NCBI GenBank assembly: GCA_964016885.1
Contig: OZ024751.1
Location: 32,488,001 to 32,552,000 of the forward strand
From: Eledone cirrhosa
Taxonomy: Eukaryota
DNA: 64,000 nucleotides
Reading direction: 5' to 3'
The notes beneath the pieces are model-generated. The model saw only the letters and a list, made by a program, of their open reading frames with translations, was not told the DNA's origin and ran no database searches. Of the stretch, positions 50,645-64,000 are shown piece by piece. Positions within the stretch are counted from its first letter, which is position 1. Every line of letters begins with the position of its first letter. A program made the translations under genes and the position numbers.

Positions 50645-51179
50645 CGTGTGCGGAATGAAAGGATCAATTTCTTGTATCCGGCATGTTTTCTTGGTCGGAC
50701 AATGACGAGCTTCAAAGCTTGCTATATTTAAGAGGTCAAGGCTATAGATACATCTATGTCTTAGATTTTATCCCGAAATATAAAACGGATGCTAATTGTA
50801 TGATATTTAGATGGCAATGTTTAAGGACCGCTATTTATTATTGTTTACCCCGCAATAGGGGAAGTCTGTTAATTGTTTGTTTATTTCACAATATAAAAGA
50901 TCCACTAATTCTTTAGTGTTTATTCTACAACGTGAAAGGTCTTCTAGTAATCTCTAATGATGCGACCGATATAGTGTTTCAATCGATGCTGGCATACAAC
51001 TGTTTCATTCTACATTCCTCCAGTGAGTCTGCTATTTATCTATTCAATATCTACAAGCTGGTTGTGTCTATCTATCCAGTCAAAATATACGTATTGAATC
51101 TATCTATTGAGTCAACATATAAACACTGTGTCCAGATTTCATTCAACATATACACACCGTGTCTATATATCCAGTCACC

Positions 51180-51222
<43 letters not shown>

Positions 51223-51223
51223 G

Positions 51224-51285
<62 letters not shown>

Positions 51286-51654
51286 TGTAATAAACAACAT
51301 ATATATATATTTATGTAATAAACAACATAAGACAATTATTCCATTTACCAAAGGTCTCACGAAGACAGACGAGCTCAACGTAGCATACAGAGAGCACTCT
51401 CCTTTCCTTTACCCTTCCTACGGAAATATTTCATATATATAAATATCACGAACACTATCTCAAAATTATTTTTGAAAAGCATAAGAAATGCGCAACCGGT
51501 AAAAACTTAAAACTAAAACTGAATACTAACTAATACTTATTACTAATTTATAATTATTCCTAATTAAACTATTTTTCACTGGGAAAAATTTGTCAGCATT
51601 TTCTTTTCCTTTTTACTAATATATCACAACTCGTGTGTCACACCTCTATTTAAA

Positions 51655-51741
<87 letters not shown>

Positions 51742-51779
51742 CATATATGTATCTATATATATATATATATATATGTATA

Positions 51780-51908
<129 letters not shown>

Positions 51909-51911
51909 TAC

Positions 51912-51984
<73 letters not shown>

Positions 51985-52081
51985 CAGTCTATACAGTGTC
52001 TAGACTGAACACAGCTATATACTGTTGCTCTCTGTCTGGTTGGTCAACGTTATGGTGGTACTTACTGGCTATGTATATATA

Positions 52082-52164
<83 letters not shown>

Positions 52165-52167
52165 GTA

Positions 52168-52238
<71 letters not shown>

Positions 52239-52391
52239 CACCCTCACACTTAGAGAGTCACATCAAACTGACAAGGGAAGGATAGAAAAATAGTAGAAGG
52301 TGGTGGGAGCGGGGCGACAAATAAACTAATGCAGTTAATGAAATATCTGATGCACTGGAAGATAAAACATCTCAAAATAGAAACTAGGCTG

Positions 52392-52473
<82 letters not shown>

Positions 52474-52512
52474 AATGTATGTCTATATATTTATGTGTAT
52501 ATGTGTGTGTAG

Positions 52513-53050
<538 letters not shown>

Positions 53051-53117
53051 TTATACACACAGTTGTATAAAAAATATACATGTATATCAAGTCAGACGGA
53101 CGCAGACACTCGTAGCT

Positions 53118-53156
<39 letters not shown>

Positions 53157-53180
53157 GAGAGAGAGAGAGAGGGGGAGAGA

Positions 53181-53219
<39 letters not shown>

Positions 53220-54339
53220 TAGACAGGTAGAGAGGGAGAGAAAAAAGAATGATAACGTGTGAGAAAGGAAGAAGAGATTGAGAGAAGACTGAGCAGGAGA
53301 AACTGTTCTGATGTTTACATAATAACAGACACTCAATACTATGTAAAACTCTGTTGTATATTTTTCTTGTCCTGAAAATATATTTCTTTCTCTCTTTTCT
53401 CTCGTTCTTCCTGTGAATACCTTGCAATTTAGCAATCGTAATTAAATAATCGCACCTGTCTGTTAGTAGATTTCCCAATAAAGTATCTATGTACCTGAGT
53501 AACTTCTTACATATTTGAAGTTGTTTAATAGAATTGGTATAATACTAAAGTCTGAGACGGACTGTCCTATATGGGTAGTTGAGTAGTGCTCCGCGGGTCA
53601 CTGTGATGGCGTGTTGCTGGAGTACTATAGTCAGATATGGCCTGGCCATATGGGTATTTGGGCAATACCTGGTGGGCCAGTGTACTGGGTAAAAACCAAA
53701 ACAATAACAGGAAAAACACGAAGTTAATCAATAATGGTGCCAGTTGATAGGTAGTGAATTCCTGAGCTGGTTTTAAGACCTAGTTCACATCTGGCTCTAA
53801 TAGTAGGGTTTGAGTTGTGTTGTGTTGCTGTTATTGTTGTTGTCGTCAGCCATCTTTAAGCAAATTTACGGTCAAAAGGAGTCCAGTCGTGTTCAATTCA
53901 TATTTTTGCTATGCGCTGGGAACCCAAGACCACATGATTCAACGTTAGATTTGGCTGTTATTTCTAGCACGCTGAGCCAACATGTAAAGACTTTTCACAT
54001 TGGCTCGTATCATGTTGGTAGAAACGGCATGTCATTGTGAAACAAAATTGGTTAACATGGTGGGTAGGTTAATACTAGTTGGGTATATTTGTGTCTTGTT
54101 AGTAGAGACGGTATTACATCGTAAGATATAATTGGTTAATTGAGGTGGATACAGTTATATTGTGTTTTATTGGGTTGGTAGAAAGATCAATCATCGAAGA
54201 GACTCTTTTTATCATACCAAGTCAATGAATCTACCGATGGAATCGATGACTGCTTCAGTACAAGGTCTGAAACGTTGGCATGCTCGAATCAGATGATCCT
54301 CGTCTATTTTGTACATTGTACTAGTTATGGCGGACTTCA

Positions 54340-54990
54340 AAGATGTATGACATAACTACTCGAATTATCATCTACACATGTGATACAGATTACTTGGTAG
54401 ATCGTTTCCGAATATGTTAGACATAACTACTCGAGTGATCGTCTGTAAATAAATTAGACATTACTTGGTTAAATGTCAACCAATGTGTAAGAAACAACTA
54501 CTCGACTGGCCATCCGCAAATGAGGCGTTGGTAAAATGTTTGGCAAAGTATCTGACATAACTACTCGATATATCTTCCGCAGGTATGTTACCTTGTAGAA
54601 TGTTTACCAATGTGTCAGACATAGCTACTCGAGTTATCGTCTGCAAATGTGGTAGTGATTGGTAGAACGTCTGGCAAGGTGTCAGCTATAACTGCTCGAT
54701 TTATCATCAGCAAATATGTTAAGCATTACTTGGTAGAATATCTGCCACTTTGTAAGACTCAACTACACGATTTATCGTCTGCAAATGTGTTGCACATGAC
54801 AATGTGTATGACAACTGATCACTTGATCGTCTGCATATTTGTAAGACACAACTACTCAATTTATCGTCTGCCAATGTGCAAGACATTACTACTCGATTCA
54901 TCGTCTGCAAATGTTTGTTAGGCATCACTTGATAGAAAGTCTAACAATCTGTAAGACACACCTTGTTTACAAACTGACAAACTGCAACTG
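54340..54990. repeat. Degenerate tandem repeat of two alternating monomers of about 30-36 bp
   Basis: GACATAACTACTCGA..TCGTCTGCAAATG alternates with CATTACTTGGTAGAA..TCT.CCAATGTGTAA. Confidence 0.7.
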
Positions 54991-55489
54991 TACGAGGAAT
55001 TATTCGATAAAATATCTGTCAATGTGGAATACTCAGCCACTTGCATTAAATTATGAGCTGGACGTTCAATTGTACAAGCATCTAAATGTTGATCGTCGAA
55101 AGCATCGGAGAGAACTCATTATCATTATCCACATAACGCGTGTTGCTTAAATATTGCAACACGTGTGTTCTTTTTCTTACTGTTGTTATGATTGCCTCAA
55201 CCTATGAAGAAAGACGTTCCAAATTTGGCTAGCCCCTTCTAGTTCTTCCCGTTCACAGTACACCCAGGACCGTCCTAGACAATATCTACTTCCGTCTTAG
55301 TACAGAAGTAGGTTTTGAATCTGAGGTAGTTTTGGCTACTATTTCTAGCAAGACAACTGATTACATAGAGACTTTCTAGATGACACATATACAGTGCATT
55401 TATTTGTTGCTGGTGGTACTACTGTTGATTACGATGATGATGCTTCTGTCACCTGTAACGTGTCACTGTCCTTTGTTGTTGTTGTTGTT

Positions 55490-55660
55490 TAGCCCCAGGT
55501 CAACCCTGATCGTCCAAATCTATTTTCAGAAGCCCACCCACCATGACCATCACGTCTTTTCAGACTACATTATCCAATATGTTTTAAGACAATATAGTGT
55601 GATCTGAATGAGATTTTTACTGCTATTTCTCGCCTGTCTAGCGACCATATGGAGGCTTTC
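55490..55660 (+). repeat. Unclassified dispersed repeat (GATTTGGCTGCTATTTCTAGC family)
   Basis: Related pieces at about 53945-53990, 55320-55375, 57940-58010, 59045-59095, 62670-62870, 63260-63420 and, on the minus strand, 60690-60990. Confidence 0.55.
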
Positions 55661-55785
55661 TTCCCCCATTGGCAATGTTATCCAACAACATGTATGTATA
55701 TAAGTGTTATATACATTCATGCTGCTGCTAGTGGTGCTGCTGCTGTCAACTGTCACGTGCATTTGCCGTTTATACAAAGAGAGAT

Positions 55786-55867
<82 letters not shown>

Positions 55868-55952
55868 AGAGAAGGGGGAAGAGGTAGCTAGGATCGAATA
55901 ACACCTTTTACCTTATTAAGATACAGCAACATAGCTGAAACATGCTTACCAG

Positions 55953-56610
55953 AACCACCACCACCACCACCACTACCACCATCACCACCACCACCACCAC
56001 CACCACCACTATCATCAGCAGTAACATTACCACCATCACCATCACCACCACTGTTAACACCATCAAGGCCGCCGCCAACACAACCGACACCAACACTTTC
56101 ATCACCACCACCACCCCCTCCATCACCACCGCCAGCAACACCACCACCACCACCACCACCACCACCACCCCCTCCATCACCACCACCGCCAGCAACAACA
56201 CCACCACCACCATCACCACCACCACCATCACCACCATCACTACCACCATCACCACCGTCCCTATCACCACCGCTATCACCATCACCATCATCATCACCAC
56301 CATCCCCATCACCATCACCACCGCTATCACCACCACCACCAAAACCAGCACCACCAGCACCACCACCATCACCATCACCACCATCACTATCACCACTGCT
56401 ATCACCATCACCATCATCACCACCACCACCATCAGCATTACCATCCCCATCACCATCACCACCGCTATCACCACCACAACCACCACCAAAACCACCACTA
56501 CCATCACCACCACCATCAGCACCACCACCATCATCACCAACACTGTTAACACCATCAAGGCCGCCGCCACCACGGCTACCGACACCAACACTTCCACCAC
56601 CAGTACCACT
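55953..56610. repeat. Compound (CAC/CAT)n trinucleotide low-complexity tract
   Basis: Directly visible; source of the poly-Thr and poly-Val ORFs. Confidence 0.9.
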
Positions 56611-56637
56611 CGCCTCCTCTCCCCCTTAATAAGTCTA

Positions 56638-56737
56638 ATAATTGTTTCTACTTTAGGCACAAGACCAGCAATTATCCCAGTGCATTACTGGTACTTTATT
56701 TTATCGACCCCGTAAGGATGAAAGGCAAAGTTAACCG
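56638..56737 (-). mobile_element. SINE family 1, 3' fragment
   Basis: ggcacaagaccagcaattatcccagtgcattactggtactttattttatcgaccccgtaaggatgaaaggcaaagttaacc; nearly identical to 12675-12756. Confidence 0.75.
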
Positions 56738-58743
56738 TCTAATAATGTGAAAACATCAGTGGAGGGTGTCTTGGTGCTTGTGTGTGCGTGTGTGTGTTCG
56801 TGTGAATGTGCGTGTTTGTGTGTGTGTGTATGCATGTGTGTGTATGTGTGCGTGTGTGCATACGTAATTACACACGTACAGTTCTACACACATACACACC
56901 TATATATACGTATGTATGTGGGTGTTCGTGTATGTATGTAACAGAATGTGTGTGTTAGCGTGTGATACCCCCCCCCCCCCCTCCCTCCTCTCTCTCTGTC
57001 ATTTTTTTCATTTCTTTTTCTTTGCATTTTTAATTATCTCGCTCGCATTCTTTCTTTCTTTCCTTCTTTCTTTCTTTCTTTCTTTCTTTCTTTCATCATC
57101 ACTCGTCACCGCCACCCCTCCACTCTATCCCCAGCAGCAATAAACTGTAAACACCCGGTCTATATCTGAGGAGGTACCTACCGCTCCCAAATGATTTGCT
57201 ATCAATTTCCTTAGACAGAGACAGCCAGGTGAAGAAAGTAGGCACAATCATGGAATCCAGTCTACATCCTCCCCACTTCCCACCCCTCCCAGGACTAATC
57301 CACCCAAGACCATCCCTCCCGAAAAATCTCTCTTTTTTCGTCATCACTTTTGCATACCCACTTCAGTGATGTTCACAAAAGTGCCGGTTCTTTTCCCTGA
57401 TTATCTCCTCTCTCTCTATCTATCTATCTATCTATCTCCCCTCTCTCTGCATCTCTCTCTTACCCCTCTCTCCCCTCCCCCTCTCTCTCTATATATATAT
57501 GTATGCATGTATATGTATATATATATATATATATATATACATGATATGAAATTCAAAATGTAGTCGTTCCAACGTAAATAGCTACAATAATAGTCAATTA
57601 GTATAAATAATAGTTGAGAAACACGAATAAACTACCCTGGAGATAGAAAAAGTTTAAAAGTTGCTTGGAACGAATCGAACCCCGCATCTCTCAGATATCA
57701 GATTTAGGATCAAAGAAGCATTAACATTTAACACCCCACAATTTTTTTGTGTCTGTATGCGTGTGTATGTGTATGTGTATATGCGTGTGTGTGTGTATAT
57801 ATATGTGTGTGTATATATGTATTGGAGGGTGCATTTGTGTATCTGCCTATTTGTGAGTGTATATTTATATATATATATGTGTGTGTGTCTTTATAAAACG
57901 AGAACTTCATTAATAAATCTTTCCTAGTTTTACTTAAGATGTAAGGTAATCTGACTGAGAGAGATTTAGCTGCTGTTTCTTGCAGATCGAACGATGTTGA
58001 AACGGATCCTCCCGTTTAATGTAAATCCTGATGCAGTAATCCTTTGATCAGTGTCGTACTAGGCTTGGCAATGTTTACTACCCCTCCCTCCGACATAATG
58101 TTATCGATGAATACATTATCCAATATGATTGCTCCTTTGTTTTATGTAAGATTAGCAGAATGGCCCGGCGTTGTTCGGGATTCTAAACATAGATTGGCAT
58201 GTTTATCCCTCCTTTCTGAAACAGTTTCGTCATCTGTTCACCAATTGATGCAGAAGTCCTAATAAAAAGTGAAGTCGCCTTGGGTGATTAGGCAAATAAT
58301 TTTCCATCAAGATTTTTCAAAAGCATGTAATTGTGTTCCCTCTCTTTTGTTGTTGTTGTTTTTGCTGCTGTTGGTGTGATAGCGGCCGTTTGTCGTAATA
58401 CTAACACAGTCTCCTCCTTCTTCAGCCAATCGTGTATATCCCTTCTGCCTCATTAACAATGAGAACAATATTTGCTCTAGGGTTCTTATATATTTGATAT
58501 ATATTTATCCTTATCGAGCCTCGTGAAATAAATACGTTTGTTTATATTTTGTTATTGTGTATGCAAAAATATCTGTACACGAATATATAATTATATATAT
58601 AAATATATTAATATAACAGATTAAAGTTTTAGCGAAGAATCGCTGCTTTCACCCTTAACGAGATCTTCTGAAACTAAAAAATCAATCTGTGAACACAGAA
58701 GTAAATATTTCGAAAAACGTTACACACTATATATAGATACACA

Positions 58744-58798
<55 letters not shown>

Positions 58799-58869
58799 GA
58801 TAGTGTCATAATGTAATGCAGACAGAAAGACATACAGACAGATATTATAAGGGCGCGACATTATAGCCA

Positions 58870-59032
58870 TATAATGCGGTCCCTGGGGCATTGAAAATTC
58901 GAAATATTATTTGCTCAAAACACTCACACAACCATAAGTATTACATGTGTAAAGTTTGAAAAACATCGGTTGGGTGGTTCTTGAGTTTTATGGAATCAGA
59001 CAGACAGACATTCTCTGTTTTAGATATATAGA
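58870..59032 (-). mobile_element. 5' end of a non-autonomous Helitron-like element
   Basis: Minus strand reads A|TCTATATATCTAAAACAGAGAATGTCTGTCTGTCTG...AACCGATGTTTTTCAAACTTTACAC. A 5'-TC terminus after a target A, plus a (GTCT)n block, is typical of animal non-autonomous Helitrons. Confidence 0.55.
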
Positions 59033-59735
59033 TGGTAGTGTACGCCTTGAGGTAAATTTGGCTGCTATTCTTATCATGTTAACTGACCGTTTGTTTTACC
59101 TCAGTTTTAATCAGCTTGTAGTCAATGGGAGGGACATGACTATTACCTATTGACAAATCAGAAACAAGGCCAGCAATTTACAGCGGACAGAAAAGTCAAT
59201 TAAATCAATCCCATTATTTGACTGGTACTTTAGTTTATCGATTTTTGAATGTTGAAAGACAGCATTGAATTCCATGGGATTTGAACTTAAAGAGCTGGAA
59301 ACAAATGCCGCAAAACATTCTGCCAATCTCCCATCGATATTGAACGATATGCTAACATTTCTTCGCTCCCATTTTTTCTTAGCTTCCATCATTTCTTAGC
59401 TCTGATCGAGAAGATATTTCTTCGAAAGCACTCCAGCCATGATCAACTCACATTGTATTTTCCAGGTGCAGTGTCTTAAAGGTAAAGTCTCTATCTTAGA
59501 GGCTGATGGCGCCAGAGTTTATTCCAGTTTTATGTGACAGTAAAGCAACTCAGAGTTTAAGTTTTTCCCTCAGACAAGCCTCCAATTCGCCGTAAAGTTA
59601 ACCCTCAACTTCTTGTGGTACTTTATCAGTTGCGTAGCCTGAAGCAAAGGGAAAGAAGGACACAATATGCCACTGGGTTTGAGAAACGAACACACAAATC
59701 TTTTGTTCTCTACCTTATCATTAACCTCTTAAGCA

Positions 59736-59958
59736 GGGTAGTGGATTAGCAGAATCGGTAGAGCGCCGGACACTAAGCTTCGCAACATAGAGTTACAGTC
59801 CTTTCCGTTCTGATTTCAACTCCGAAGTTAGCTTTGCCTTTCATCCTGACGGACTCGATAAAATAAAGTACCAGCAATGCATTCGGGGTTGATTCAATTG
59901 ATTTTCCTCTCCCTAAAAGATGTTGGCCTCGTGCCCAAATCAGAACCCATTATTAATT
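59736..59958 (+). mobile_element. tRNA-derived SINE, family 1, near full length
   Basis: GTGGATTAGCAGAATCGGTAGAGCGCCGGAC...GCCTTTCATCC...ATAAAATAAAGTACCAG...GGCCTCGTGCC...(ATT)n; colinear with the reverse complement of 14668-14889. Confidence 0.8.
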
Positions 59959-60205
59959 ACCCTCTTAATCAACAAGTCACGGTTTGCGCCGTTCAAAACG
60001 ATCCAATGTATTCCTTGTGAAGACGGTAGAAGTGTAATTTGAGATGAGATTTTATTGTTACATCTAGAAGGAGGAAATACTATATTGAAGTTGCTTCCTT
60101 AGTCTGATAATAATCTATGGAATCGAGAACGATGATGAACTGTATAAAATGAGGAATTAGTTCTTTGGAAAACTTCATATAGTGATACGGACTGTATATT
60201 TGTCA

Positions 60206-60286
<81 letters not shown>

Positions 60287-61261
60287 AGGTCGTGGAGGGG
60301 AGTGGAAGAATGAGGTGTTGTAGTGGTTGGGGGTGGAAGATGTTTAAACGTTAACAAGTACATCGTTTTCCTCCCCATCACATGATAAGCACCAGTATCA
60401 ACTCACACGAACACTACCACCACCACCACCATGACACACACAACATACTAGCATTTTGAATCATATAATCATCAGAGATTTAGGTTACTTAATATATAAG
60501 CTTAACCCGGAATACAGATACTTACACCCAAACATGCATATACACAGACACACAGACAAACAGACAGACACACATACTTGTAAAAGACATCGTACAGAAA
60601 AATCCAAAGAGCGGTTTCATGTTAACGTGATATTATTAAATCTTTCTTTCTATTTTATATTTGAGTCTTTGGTTTAAGGCGGTAACCTATAGCTGGTCAG
60701 TTGTTAGAAATAGCAGTCAAATACACCTCAAATTTGACAGACTATTGTCTAACATCAAGATCGCTCACATTTTGCTGGCCTTGTGCCAAAAGTAGAAACA
60801 ATTATTGATAATGTAATCCTGGATATACTAAGGATGAATAAAAGACGGGATGGTCACGGGCGGAATGCCGTTGATCATTGTAGATGATGTAGTCGTGGAT
60901 AAACTAGAACTGAATAAAAGATGGGATGGCCACTAGTTGAATAATATTCATCGTATATCTTCTCAATTAGAGCTGACATGTAAAGCTAAACAACAACATC
61001 AACAACAATAGTTTGAGCCGTTTAAGCCGTTGTTCCGTCTTTGATCCAATAATGTTTCATAAGACTTTGATCCAATGATATTATCACTATATTCTGTGAT
61101 TCCATACAAAATGGTGAAACTTCTCTTTAATTCCATTTCATAGATTTCGTATTTCCAAATCTTAATTCTTCGTCACAAAATTCTATATTTTTTTTTTTTT
61201 TTTTGCAATTTATATTGACAGTTCCATTCTTCAGGAAATCTACTCCTTTTATTTCTCTCTT

Positions 61262-61297
<36 letters not shown>

Positions 61298-61694
61298 AAT
61301 TTCCTTCTTTCCTTCTTTCTAAAAGGAATATATATATGTTTGTACATACATATACCTGTGTGTGTGTGTGTGTAAGTTTGTACTCAATCATTTAAAGAGA
61401 TAATATATAACATTTCTTCAAGCCATGTTTTCGCTTACACACACACACACACATACACACACAGACACACACACATACACAGACAGACACAGGCACACAC
61501 ATACCCCCCCCCCACACACACACACACTCACACACACACTTACAGAGACAAATGATAAAAATTCAAAGAAAAATAATAAAAATATTTTGCAATAATTTCA
61601 AATAATTATTCATATATTATGAAAGTTATGAGAGAGAGAGAGAGAGAGAGAGACATAGAAAGAAAGAGAAAGATTAAAATTTGCAACACATTAT

Positions 61695-61772
<78 letters not shown>

Positions 61773-61867
61773 ATATATATATAATATATATATATAATAT
61801 ATATATATAATATATATATATAATATATATATATAATATATATATATAATATATATATATAATATAT

Positions 61868-61901
<34 letters not shown>

Positions 61902-62341
61902 ATTGAGATGAGCGGAACAAGCAAAATTTAAACAATCTTTCAAAATAAATTCAAAATACAATTTAAATATTTACCTATCCATATTGCTTTTACCGACGGT
62001 TTCGCCTCACAAAAGATTGGAAATCCAAGGGACTTCCAATGGAAAGATCGGCTTTTCCCTTACATAGAACATATAGTCCCATAGCAGGCAAATATATTGC
62101 CTTCAGCCAGCTAGTGAAAGATGAGGTGGGGGCCGTAAACATGACCTACACGTGAACTGGTCGTTAATAGAAGCGGGAATATTATAGACGTGTTGTTTGC
62201 CACACTACTAAAAATAGCAGCTAGATATACAACGGATGTTTTCTCTACACATGGGAGAATATACATAAAATGAGAACAATATCCCCACAGGTACTAATTA
62301 CCCACGGAAATATATAGGGTGTCTATAATGCAGTTGTTGTT

Positions 62342-62408
<67 letters not shown>

Positions 62409-63606
62409 ATATAATAAAATATAATATATAATACACAAACATTAAAAGAATTAATATTTGAAGGATTCAGTATTTGGTAAATATTCCGTTATCCCCTTCC
62501 CCCTTCAAAAAGCAGGAATTAACCAGAGACAAACAGAGAATGCATCAATGTTCTTGATAGACAAATAATCCCTGGAAAACTTGTTGCTTTATAAATTGGT
62601 TCGATTTGACGAATATATATATATGTGGTTTAACTCTGGAGCAGAAGTAAAAATTGTTTTTATCTTACTGTTTAATCCCAGGTCAACTTTGATTGAGCAG
62701 AGAAACTACAGCTGTAACAGTCTCCTGGTTTTATTTGGCAGGTATCATCTATCTAGTGCTACATTAATTAATGTAGTTTAAGTAATCACATTTCTTAAGA
62801 CAGTAAGATTGTAATTTATGAGAGATTGTGCTGCTATTTCTAACATGTCCACTGGTCACGTATATGGCTCTCTTGTTGAGAAGAAAGTTGGGTGGAAATG
62901 GGAAACACTTTAAACATGATGTATTTGTGTCAGAATTAACAGCGGCTTAAGAGAAGCTTAAATTGAGACTTGAAACAACTGTTTAGTGACGTTGACTCTC
63001 CTTCAAGCTTCGGTCTTGCTCAATCGCACAACAAACATCACATACATCATTCAGAATACATCTCACAACACACAGACTACAGATTATACACACAACACAC
63101 AACTAACATTTAACAACATATATTACTCTCTACACACACCACAGATCTCAACAACCGCAATGAAAATTGGTTTACATGATTTTTCATGTAAACCAATTTT
63201 CATTTCGTTTTTTTTTTCATCTTTTTAGTTTGGTTGTTGTTTTTGTTGTTGTAGTTGTTTAGCCCTAGGTCAGCCTTAAACGAGCAGACTAAGATTATAA
63301 GAGAACTCCATTCGTTATTTGTACTCCAGAGCAACATTATCCAATGTGTAATTTACAATGTTTTAAGAGAGCCAGCTAGGAGTAATGAAAGATTTAGCCG
63401 AGCGATCAAGTAGAGAATCCACCATTGTACTACAAACTTGAGAACACACAAAACAGTTTCTGTGTTAGTAGATGTATAGAAGGATGTTGTGAGTTAATGC
63501 ATTTCAAAGGAGATAAAATATAAGCAAAATATTAGAAATATACATTTTTTAAAAGGATATCTTGATACACATACATACACAGACATATATATACATGTAT
63601 ATATAT

Positions 63607-63660
<54 letters not shown>

Positions 63661-63666
63661 TTATAC

Positions 63667-63701
<35 letters not shown>

Positions 63702-63710
63702 CACTTATAC

Positions 63711-63865
<155 letters not shown>

Positions 63866-64000
63866 CACATAATTATAAATACATATATATATATATATAT
63901 TTGTATATAAAATTAGTAATTAAAGTTTTTGAAATTTAAAATAAAATTAAATGGTTTGGGTACTTACAGTTATTTTAAAATAAAATTTAAATAAAGTTTA

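Noticed and set aside
57182-57260. Minus-strand short frame MIVPTFFTWLSLSKEIDSKSFGS ending at G|GTAGGT
   Set aside because: Phase 1, whereas the 35954 exon needs phase 0; no recognisable homology.
57600-57735. Box B-like GGTTCGATTC on the minus strand, possibly a tRNA gene
   Set aside because: No cloverleaf; more likely a decayed SINE head.

Overview
This is eukaryotic genomic DNA: very AT-rich and saturated with (TA)n, (CA)n, (GA)n, (TATG)n and trinucleotide microsatellites. The composition and repeat families suggest a coleoid cephalopod such as Octopus (inference). Almost all ORFs in the supplied track are microsatellite artefacts. The only supportable protein-coding gene is a filamin-family gene on the minus strand. 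Ten GT-AG exons (35954-35831, 10650-10528, 9500-9327, 8715-8557, 5136-4933, 4611-4459, 3435-3307, 2359-2195, 1628-1527, 1296-1159) splice into one open frame of about 490 aa. It corresponds to the end of Ig repeat 16 through most of repeat 21 of vertebrate filamins and continues past the window start. The rest is intronic or upstream sequence containing tRNA-derived SINEs, bipartite RTE-derived elements, R4/Dong-type LINE 3' ends, a Helitron 5' end, minisatellites and several fold-back palindromes. Three observations stand out. (1) A candidate frame-preserving 30-nt microexon (6348-6377) has an upstream UGC and a downstream UGCAUG motif. (2) The gene may be an N-terminally truncated filamin without an actin-binding domain, starting at an ATG in mid repeat 16. 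(3) Several long dsRNA-forming inverted repeats lie in the pre-mRNA.
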